NCBI GenBank assembly: GCA_964547735.1
Contig: CAZJOV010000001.1
Location: 5,789-69,788, forward strand
Origin: an uncultured Planctomycetia bacterium
GTDB taxonomy: Bacteria > Omnitrophota > Gorgyraeia > Duberdicusellales > 4484-171
Direction of reading: 5' to 3'
DNA: 64,000 nt
The notes under the pieces are model-generated. The model was not told the DNA's origin. It saw only the letters and a list, made by a program, of their open reading frames with translations, and did no database searches. Positions within the stretch are counted from its first letter, which is position 1, and each line of letters begins with the position of its first letter. A program made the translations under genes and the position numbers. Positions 56,544-64,000 of the stretch are shown in pieces.

Positions 56544-59404
56544 AAATTACGCCCGCAACATTTTTTATATTTTTTCCCACTTCCACAAGGACAGGGGTCA
56601 TTTCTCCCAACTTTTTTCCCTCTCACACGCATATGTTTAGAAGACTCCTTACTTAAATCTGAAACATCCTTACTTAAAGATGAATATTCGGAATGCACAT
56701 AATTTTTAGGAAGCTCTTCGAAAACAGGTTTAACCTCCTGAGGAACAATCTCTGTCCGGAAAAGAAATTTCACAATTTCTTCTTTCGTTGAGGAAATCAT
56801 CTTCTCAAAAAGAGAAAAAGCCTCTCTCTGGTACTCTATTAAGGGATCGCTACTTGCATAGCCACGTAGATATATCCCTTCTTTAAGATAATCCATCATC
56901 AGAAGATGTTCCTTCCAATGAAGATCAATCATCCACAAGGCCAATGATTTCTCCATCGCTTTTAGAACTTCCTTCCCAATTTTCTCTTCCAGATTTTGAT
57001 AGTAAGCATAAACTTTTCTTTTTACTTCTTTCTCAAGTTCTTCTCTTTCTCTATAAAGGTTAGCCGCTCTATCCAACTCAATGTTAAAGTCCCTCTTCAA
57101 CCAACTACTCAATCCTTCAAAATCGGAAAGTGAATAGAAATAACTTACCTTATCTTTAACCGTCTCCTCAATCATCTCTTTTACCTCTCTGCTTACATCT
57201 TCCCTCTCGAGAAAAACTCTTCTTTGCCTGTAGATAACTTCTCTTTGCTTATTCATCACATCATCATATTTAAGAAGTTCTTTTCTTATCTCAAAATTAT
57301 GCGCCTCAACTCTTTTTTGGGCAATCTCTATAGAACGACTAACTAAAAGATGCTCAATCGGCTCATCTTCAGGAAATTTAAATCTTTCCATCAAAAAATA
57401 GATTCTTTCTGAACCAAAAAGTCTCATTAAATCATCTTCCAATGAGATATAAAAACGAGATGAGCCCGGGTCTCCTTGACGGCCTGCTCTTCCCCGTAGC
57501 TGATTATCAATACGCCTTGCCTCATGACGCTGCGCTCCAATTACATGAAGCCCTCCCAGCCCCACTACCTTTCTATGTTCTTCTTCAAACTGGGGTTTAT
57601 ATTTTTTATAAATCCTTTCACAATGTTCCTTATATCTGGAATCTGAGGGAAGAATATTGTTTTTTCTTAAAATATCTTTCACAAAATAATCAATGTTGCC
57701 TCCCAGAATTATATCTGTCCCTCTTCCTGCCATATTGGTAGCAATCGTTACCTGCCCTAACCTTCCTGCCTGGGCAACAATATAGGCTTCCTGTTCATGA
57801 TACTTAGCGTTTAAGACGTTGTGAGGAATTCCTTTCCTTTTAAGCATTGAAGATAACTCCTCAGAATCATCGATAGATGTAGTTCCCACAAGCACCGGTC
57901 TTCCTTTCCTATACAATTCCTCAATTTCAGAAATTATCGCTTTAAATTTGGCTCTTTTTGTCTTATAGATTCTATCTGGATAATGAGTTCTAACCAAAGG
58001 TCTATTTGTAGGAATAACCACTACATCTAAATTATAAATATGCTTAAATTCATTAGCCTCTGTATAAGCAGTCCCTGTCATTCCTGCCAATTTTCTATAC
58101 ATCCGAAAATAATTCTGTAAAGTTATTGTGGCCAAAGTTTGAGTCTCTTCTTGAATCTTCAATCCTTCTTTTGCCTCAATCGCTTGATGGAGTCCTTCTG
58201 ACCAGCGTCTTCCCGGCATAAGACGCCCCGTAAACTCATCAACAATAATAACTTTACCATCTTTTACAATATAATCTCTATCTTTTTTAAATAAGTAATG
58301 TGCCCTTAAAGCTTGCTGAATATAATGAAGCCAGGTATAAGAAAGTCTATCCGGTAAATCCTCGGAAACATTTTTTATCTTGAGAAGAGCCTCTGTTTTT
58401 TCTTCTCCTCTTTTGGTAAGAAATACGGTATGTGTCTTTTCTTCTACTATCGCATCGAATCTCTCCTCAAGCTCTTGAGGTTCCATCTGAATTTCTTTTC
58501 CATCTATCTCCTTCAATACCACAAATCCTTCTTTAGTATCAAAACGAGAGATAACTTTTTTTACCTTAAGAGCCTTCACTGCTCGATTGACAAGATAATA
58601 CTTCTCAGTAGAGACTTCTGAAGGTCCAGAAATAATTAAAGGAGTCCTTGCCTCATCGATAAGAATGGAATCAACCTCATCTACAATCGCATAAAAATGA
58701 CCCCTCTGAACACACTCCTCTAAGGAAGTCGCCATATTGTCTCTTAAATAGTCAAAACCAAATTCATTGTTTGTGCCATAGGTAATATCACAAGCATAGG
58801 CCTTTCTTCTTTCCTTTTTATCCATATCCTGCTGGACCACTCCACAACTCAATCCTAAATACTCATAAACTGGTCCCATCCACTCCCAATCTCTTTTAGC
58901 TAAGTAATCATTCACTGTAACAATATGCACTCCTCGTCCTGCTAATGCATTCAGGGAAGCCGCCAAAGTCGCTACCAATGTCTTTCCTTCTCCTGTAGCC
59001 ATTTCGGCAATTTTATTTTTATGCAAGACTATTCCTCCCACAATTTGAACATCAAAATGCCTCAAGCCTATCGTCCTTAAGGCTGCCTCTCTCACCAGAG
59101 CAAAATGGAAAGGTAAAATTTCATCAAAAATACTCTCCAAAACTTGAAAGTACTCCTCCCCTTCTAAGTTTTTCGTCTCCTTCTCTATCTTTCTTCTGAA
59201 TTCAACTATCTTTTCCTTAAAAAAGGCAGCCGGCTTTTCTTTCAATTGAGACTCATAAGAATTTACTTTACTCACCAAAGAAGATAAAGAGGCAACTTCC
59301 CCGGCTGAAGGAAGAGGTATCTCGGAATGAAAGGAAATATTTACTTTGGGTTTCAACTTCTTTATCTTTCTCTCATATAGTTTAAGAAGAGTTCTTTTAA
59401 TCAT
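56540..59404 (-). CDS. secA: Preprotein translocase SecA
   Basis: M.TGEGKT, VDEVDSILIDEARTPL, QLRGRAGRQGDPG, SEC-C GRNDPCPCGSGKKYKKCC. Confidence 0.98.
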   Translation of the reverse strand: MIKRTLLKLYERKIKKLKPKVNISFHSEIPLPSAGEVASLSSLVSKVNSYESQLKEKPAAFFKEKIVEFRRKIEKETKNLEGEEYFQVLESIFDEILPFHFALVREAALRTIGLRHFDVQIVGGIVLHKNKIAEMATGEGKTLVATLAASLNALAGRGVHIVTVNDYLAKRDWEWMGPVYEYLGLSCGVVQQDMDKKERRKAYACDITYGTNNEFGFDYLRDNMATSLEECVQRGHFYAIVDEVDSILIDEARTPLIISGPSEVSTEKYYLVNRAVKALKVKKVISRFDTKEGFVVLKEIDGKEIQMEPQELEERFDAIVEEKTHTVFLTKRGEEKTEALLKIKNVSEDLPDRLSYTWLHYIQQALRAHYLFKKDRDYIVKDGKVIIVDEFTGRLMPGRRWSEGLHQAIEAKEGLKIQEETQTLATITLQNYFRMYRKLAGMTGTAYTEANEFKHIYNLDVVVIPTNRPLVRTHYPDRIYKTKRAKFKAIISEIEELYRKGRPVLVGTTSIDDSEELSSMLKRKGIPHNVLNAKYHEQEAYIVAQAGRLGQVTIATNMAGRGTDIILGGNIDYFVKDILRKNNILPSDSRYKEHCERIYKKYKPQFEEEHRKVVGLGGLHVIGAQRHEARRIDNQLRGRAGRQGDPGSSRFYISLEDDLMRLFGSERIYFLMERFKFPEDEPIEHLLVSRSIEIAQKRVEAHNFEIRKELLKYDDVMNKQREVIYRQRRVFLEREDVSREVKEMIEETVKDKVSYFYSLSDFEGLSSWLKRDFNIELDRAANLYREREELEKEVKRKVYAYYQNLEEKIGKEVLKAMEKSLALWMIDLHWKEHLLMMDYLKEGIYLRGYASSDPLIEYQREAFSLFEKMISSTKEEIVKFLFRTEIVPQEVKPVFEELPKNYVHSEYSSLSKDVSDLSKESSKHMRVRGKKVGRNDPCPCGSGKKYKKCCGRNL

Positions 59405-60485
59405 TTTTTATATTTTGTCTCAAGAAGTGATAGATGAAATCATCTATTTTCCCATCTAAAACTTCATAAGCCGAGGAGGTTTCAAACTGAGTACGGTGGT
59501 CTTTTACTAAAAGATACGGATGGAGAATATAAGAACGGATTTGGTTTCCCCATTCTATTTTTTTCTTCTCTCCACAAATTTTTTCCATCCTTTCTCTTTT
59601 TTTCTCCTTCTCTAAGGCATATAGTTTTGCCTTTAAAATCCTTAAAGCCGTCTGCCGGTTCTGGTATTGAGAGCGTTCATTTTGACAGGAAACTACAACT
59701 CTGGTGGGAAGATGAGTAATTCTTACTGCTGAATCAGTACGATTAACATGTTGGCCTCCGTGCCCAGAAGCACGAAATGTCTCAATCTTTAAATCCGCAG
59801 GATTAATTTTGACCTCTTCCTCACCAATCTCAGGAATTATACTTACCGACGCAAAAGAAGTATGCCTTCGGCGATTAGCATCAAAGGGAGAGATTCTCAC
59901 CAACCGATGTACGCCTTTTTCTGACTTAAGAAGGCCGTAGGCAAATTTTCCTTCTACAAGAAAAGTTATATTTTTTATCCCTGCCTCCTCTCCTTTCAAT
60001 TCATCAAGAACTTTTATCCTAAATTTTTTATCCTCTGCCCATCGAAAGTACATCCTAAAAAGCATACTCACCCAGTCACAAGCCTCTGTCCCTCCGGCTC
60101 CGGCATTTATCTCCACAATTGCATTACTGTTATCAAACTCCTCAAAGAAAAGAAAAGAAAGCTCAATCTCATTTAACCTTCTTTCTATTCTTTTAAGCTC
60201 CTCTTCTAACTCTTTCTCTAAGGAAGAATCATTTAAGCTTGCCAGCTCCTCTAATCCCTTCAATTTCTCTCCTATTTTTTCCATATCTTCTACATCTTTT
60301 TTTAAACTCTTGAATTCCTCCGTTATCTTACTTGTTGATTTTATATCTTTCCAAAAGGAAGCTGAAGACATTTTCTGTTCTAATTCTTTTATCTTCTTTT
60401 TCTTCTCCTCTATTTTTAAATTTTTGTAGAGAGAGCTCCACTTCTTCCTCAATTTATCAATTGTGTTTAAAATTTCCAAAATCAA
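59397..60485 (-). CDS. prfB: Peptide chain release factor 2 (single reading frame)
   Basis: SPF motif, GGQHVN, WGNQIRSY; TTG start overlapping the upstream stop. Confidence 0.96.
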   Translation of the reverse strand: MILEILNTIDKLRKKWSSLYKNLKIEEKKKKIKELEQKMSSASFWKDIKSTSKITEEFKSLKKDVEDMEKIGEKLKGLEELASLNDSSLEKELEEELKRIERRLNEIELSFLFFEEFDNSNAIVEINAGAGGTEACDWVSMLFRMYFRWAEDKKFRIKVLDELKGEEAGIKNITFLVEGKFAYGLLKSEKGVHRLVRISPFDANRRRHTSFASVSIIPEIGEEEVKINPADLKIETFRASGHGGQHVNRTDSAVRITHLPTRVVVSCQNERSQYQNRQTALRILKAKLYALEKEKKRERMEKICGEKKKIEWGNQIRSYILHPYLLVKDHRTQFETSSAYEVLDGKIDDFIYHFLRQNIKND

Positions 60486-61552
60486 ATTAGATCCCTTCTT
60501 TTCAAATTAAGATGAAACTCTTCTTTTTTATCTGCATATCCTAAAGCCAACTGAGGAGAGATGATCCTTCTCTCTACCAGCTCCAGCAAAGACTGATCAA
60601 AGCTTTTCATTCCATAAATTTCTCCTGAGGCAATATATTTGGGTATCTCCCATAATTTATTTTCTCTTAAAAGACGAGAAATGGTAGGAGATAAAGTCAT
60701 TATCTCATAAGCAGGAATTAATCCTTTCTTGTCTACCCGAGGAAGAAGTCTCAGGCAAATTACTCCTTTAAGAAGAACGGATAATTGCATTAAGATAAAA
60801 GAATGCTGATAGGGGGGGAAAAAGTTTATTATCCTCTCGATTGTGGTAGAAGCATTTACGGTGTGGAGGGTGGAGAAAACCAAAATTCCTGTCTCCGCAG
60901 CAGTTAAGGCGGCATAACAGGTATCTTGGTCACGAATGTTACCAATAAAAAGAACGTCAGGAGAATGCAAAGCAAACTGTCTTAATGCTTCCTGATAAGA
61001 AGAAACATCTTTCCCGATCTCTCGTTGATTGATTATTGACTTTTTATCGAAAAAAGTAAACTCAATCGGTTCTTCAACCGTAAGGATGTGCCTTCCGAAG
61101 TTACAATTAATGTATTCTATCATACTGGCAATAGTTGTAGATTTACCACTTCCGGTAATTCCTGTAAGAAGAATTAATCCTCTCTTCTCCTGACAGAATC
61201 TTTCTAAAACTGTTGAGGGAAGATTCAATTCGGTGAAAGTGGGAACTCTCAAATCGATCTTTCTTATCACCAAAGCTACAGTATTTCTCTGATAAAATAT
61301 ACTCATACGAAAACGCCAATGCTCTTTAAACCATATCGCAAACTCACAGCTTTTTCTTTTTAGAAAATTATCTTTCAACTCTTGAGGCAAAATTTCAGCA
61401 ATTATTTTGTCTAAATCTTGAGATAAAAATTCATAATCATCAATTGGTCTTACCTCACCTAAAACCCTCCCCTTAAGTACACTGCCAGCTCTTACAAAAG
61501 CATCAGAAGCATTCTCCTCAATCATTCTCTCAGCAATATAAGAAAAATCCAT
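60482..61552 (-). CDS. PilT/PilU-family ATPase with divergent catalytic motifs
   Basis: GITGSGKSTT, TVEEPIEF, INQRE.G.D, IGNIRD, AAETG.LV.STLHT, GM.SFDQ. Confidence 0.9.
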   Translation of the reverse strand: MDFSYIAERMIEENASDAFVRAGSVLKGRVLGEVRPIDDYEFLSQDLDKIIAEILPQELKDNFLKRKSCEFAIWFKEHWRFRMSIFYQRNTVALVIRKIDLRVPTFTELNLPSTVLERFCQEKRGLILLTGITGSGKSTTIASMIEYINCNFGRHILTVEEPIEFTFFDKKSIINQREIGKDVSSYQEALRQFALHSPDVLFIGNIRDQDTCYAALTAAETGILVFSTLHTVNASTTIERIINFFPPYQHSFILMQLSVLLKGVICLRLLPRVDKKGLIPAYEIMTLSPTISRLLRENKLWEIPKYIASGEIYGMKSFDQSLLELVERRIISPQLALGYADKKEEFHLNLKRRDLI

Positions 61553-61560
61553 ACTCCCTC

Positions 61561-61842
61561 CTATCTTTCCAATTCTTCTCTAATCTTCTCCTCTAATTCT
61601 AACAACTTTTTTTTTAATTCTCTACCTAAAGAATACCCCCCAAAACCTTTTTTATGGGAATAGATAACACGATGACAGGGAATAAAAAAAGGATAAGGAT
61701 TGTTCTTTAAAACTTTTGCTACGGCCCTAAAAGAAGAAGGCTTTCCGATACTTTGGGCGATCTCCTTATAGGTACGTGTTTCACCTAAAGGAATCTTTAT
61801 TACCTCTCTTAATACTTTTTTTTCAAATTCTGTCATCTTCAA
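61561..61842 (-). CDS. Single-domain O6-alkylguanine alkyltransferase-family protein
   Basis: IP.GETRTY..IA, RAV, IPCHRV. Confidence 0.88.
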   Translation of the reverse strand: MKMTEFEKKVLREVIKIPLGETRTYKEIAQSIGKPSSFRAVAKVLKNNPYPFFIPCHRVIYSHKKGFGGYSLGRELKKKLLELEEKIREELER

Positions 61843-63034
61843 ATATCTTCCTCTTTCTTAAAATCTGATGATACCGATAAGCAAAGCGATGGGCTTCATC
61901 TCTTACCCTCTGAAGAAGCTGAAGGCCTAAATTATCTGAAGGAAGTCTTAATGGTTCTTTCTTAGAAGGAATCCAGATTTCTTCCTTCCTCTTGGCAAGA
62001 GAAATTACAGGAATCTGCACCCCTAAGCTATCCAAAGTTTTTTTTGCCACAGATAGATGTCCTTTTCCTCCATCAATTACAACCAAATCAGGAAGTTTTT
62101 TTCTCTCTTCCTTAAGATGTCGATATCTCCTTTCCACAATCTCAGCAATCATCCTATAATCATCAACCCCTTCCACTTCCTTTATCCGATAACGTCGATA
62201 ACTACTTTTGTCCGGATATCCATCTTTAAACACAACCACCGACCCACAAGCTTCTTTGCCTTGTATGCAGGAGATATCTATCCCTTCAATTATAAAAGGA
62301 ATTCTTTTTAAATGCAAAATTTCTTTTAAAATAATTGCCTCATTCCCCTCTGACCTTCCTGTATAAAGCTTAGAAAGAGCTTCCAGCCTATCTCGATAAA
62401 GACCGGCCTCTTCAAATTTTTTTTCTTTAGCTAACTTCTCCATTTTTCTCTGTAATTTTTTAAGTAATATTTTCCTTTCTCCTTTAAGAATTCTAATAAT
62501 ATTATCCACAATGTCTTGATAATCCTCTTCTTTTATCTTCTCCTCACATACTCCTGGGCATAAACGAAGATGATAATATAAACATACTTTCTTAGGTAGA
62601 TTCTTGCAAGAACGAAAAGGGAAAATTTTCCTTATCAAGTTAAGAGCAGACTTTAAAAGCTTGACATTAGGATAAGGACCGAAAAGGATTAAGTTTTTTG
62701 TTTTTTTAGGTCGAGCCACATAAATTGCCGGATATTTTTCTTGAGTGATTACTACATAAGGATAGCTTTTATCGTCCTTGAGAACAACATTATACTTGGG
62801 CTTTTCCTCCTTTATGAGAGAAGCCTCAAGCAATAAGGCCTGTTCTTCGGTAGCGCATAGAATATAATCTATATCTTCAACTTTTTTAATGAAACCTTTT
62901 GCTTCCCTAAAATGAGAAAGGATTCTTTTTCTAAGGGAAGTGGTTTTCCCTATATAAAGAGCTTTGCTGCTTTTCCCCCTAAAGATATACACACCACACA
63001 AATCCGGTAATTCTTTTATCTTCTGCGAATCCAT
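61823..63034 (-). CDS. uvrC: Excinuclease ABC subunit C, compact form without HhH
   Basis: GVY..., YIGK, DDKSYPY, UVR domain, DIS, IDGGKG, RDEAHRFA. Confidence 0.93.
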   Translation of the reverse strand: MDSQKIKELPDLCGVYIFRGKSSKALYIGKTTSLRKRILSHFREAKGFIKKVEDIDYILCATEEQALLLEASLIKEEKPKYNVVLKDDKSYPYVVITQEKYPAIYVARPKKTKNLILFGPYPNVKLLKSALNLIRKIFPFRSCKNLPKKVCLYYHLRLCPGVCEEKIKEEDYQDIVDNIIRILKGERKILLKKLQRKMEKLAKEKKFEEAGLYRDRLEALSKLYTGRSEGNEAIILKEILHLKRIPFIIEGIDISCIQGKEACGSVVVFKDGYPDKSSYRRYRIKEVEGVDDYRMIAEIVERRYRHLKEERKKLPDLVVIDGGKGHLSVAKKTLDSLGVQIPVISLAKRKEEIWIPSKKEPLRLPSDNLGLQLLQRVRDEAHRFAYRYHQILRKRKIFEDDRI

Positions 63035-64000
63035 CCTCTCAAGTAATTTATCTGCTCTATCTTAAGTAAATTTCCTAAAAAAAGAAAAAGAGCTCCTCCT
63101 CCCATTACTGCCAAAAAGGCTTTTACATATTTATTATACTCCCCTAAGGAAAATATTAACTTAAAAAAAAGGGAAGAAAGGAATCCTAAAAGTAGTAACT
63201 TTAGTATATATCCTTTTAAATCCTCCCAAGAGATTAAATCTTTTATACGCTGATTTAGTTTGGAAAAAAGAGAGAAAAAATTAAACGCTGCCGCCAAACT
63301 ACTTGCTAAAGCCACCCCTGCTATCTTTAAAGGGAAAATCAAAATCGCACTTAAGATAACATTTATTACCAAAGCAATGGTAGCATTTTTTGCCGGGGTA
63401 AGAGTATCCTTTAAGGCATAAAACGAATTAACCAGAAGTTTTATTCCACAAAAAAAGAAAAGACCAAATGAATAAAAGAACAAAACAGATGAGGTTAAAT
63501 TCAAAGAATAGAGAGAAAATGCACCACGCATAAATAATACCTCAAGGATATCTCTGCCGGAGATAATAAGAACTAAACTGAAAGGAATTATAAAGAACAA
63601 TATATTTTGAAAAGAAAAAAGAAAAAGCTTTTTAAAATCAACATAATTTTCATTTTTATAAAAATAAGAGAAATCAACAATAGCTACACGGGAAATAGAG
63701 ATGGCCACCAAAGCAAGAGGAAACTGTATAATACGATTGGCATAATAGACAGCAGCCAGGGCCCCTTCCCCCACAATCCAGCTTAAAGAAGAAAAAATTG
63801 TATCCACAAAAACAGAAAGTTGATAAACAAGTGTTGACCATATCCGAGGAAAGAATAACTTCATCATTCTTATAACATCTTTATCTTTGAAAATTCCTCT
63901 TATTTCTGTCAATTTTACTCCTATCTTTTTTCTCCATCCTAAAAAAAGAAAAGAAAGCAAAAATTGCAAAAATCCAGCCACTAAAACACTTAAGATGAGG
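63016..64000 (-). CDS. murJ: Lipid II flippase MurJ; 5' part lies outside the window
   Basis: YYANRI.QFPL, RGAF, FYAL.DT.TP, G.ALA.S; frame open to the window edge. Confidence 0.92.
   Translation of the reverse strand, partial: LILSVLVAGFLQFLLSFLFLGWRKKIGVKLTEIRGIFKDKDVIRMMKLFFPRIWSTLVYQLSVFVDTIFSSLSWIVGEGALAAVYYANRIIQFPLALVAISISRVAIVDFSYFYKNENYVDFKKLFLFSFQNILFFIIPFSLVLIISGRDILEVLFMRGAFSLYSLNLTSSVLFFYSFGLFFFCGIKLLVNSFYALKDTLTPAKNATIALVINVILSAILIFPLKIAGVALASSLAAAFNFFSLFSKLNQRIKDLISWEDLKGYILKLLLLGFLSSLFFKLIFSLGEYNKYVKAFLAVMGGGALFLFLGNLLKIEQINYLRGWIRRR

Noticed and set aside
4453-62311. Many short ORFs opposite or inside core genes (e.g. 8734-9066, 31688-32128, 37713-38183, 52081-52392, 57442-57741)
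   Set aside because: Lie within well-supported genes and show no recognisable motifs; expected shadows of biased codon usage
1-64000. CRISPR arrays, IS elements, integrases, rRNA, T-box or riboswitch leaders, inteins in recA/dnaB
   Set aside because: No spaced repeats or such genes seen; intergenic gaps are too short; RecA and DnaB have normal length

Overview
AT-rich (about one-third GC by eye), very compact core-genome segment of a diderm bacterium. Gene content and features (LpxC-FabZ fusion, zinc-ribbon SpoVG, HhH-less UvrC, Lys/Glu-rich proteins) suggest Ca. Omnitrophota/PVC and possibly a thermophile; this is inference. Almost all genes lie on the - strand in long, translationally coupled runs: His and aromatic amino acid synthesis, alaS, recA/recX, lepAB, a regulatory PTS cluster, rpsB-tsf-pyrH-frr, lipid A/BAM genes, dnaB, r-proteins, prs/glmU, transketolase, lnt, secA, prfB, uvrC and murJ. 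There are four tRNAs (Gly, Leu, Lys, Gln), none with encoded CCA. I found no CRISPR, transposase or integrase. Most notable observations: (1) a divergent two-gene module encoding a ParA ATPase fused to a glycogen-binding CBM48 domain plus a membrane-anchored partner; (2) the frr stop codon overlaps the 5' end of tRNA-Lys, so RNase P processing would leave a non-stop frr mRNA; (3) a PilT/PilU paralog with several substituted catalytic residues; (4) a multi-hairpin element carrying a degenerate copy of the tRNA-Lys 3' end; (5) repeated leaderless or near-leaderless promoter architecture, including rpsB; (6) a 29-aa bS22/AURKAIP1-type ribosomal protein gene absent from the ORF track.
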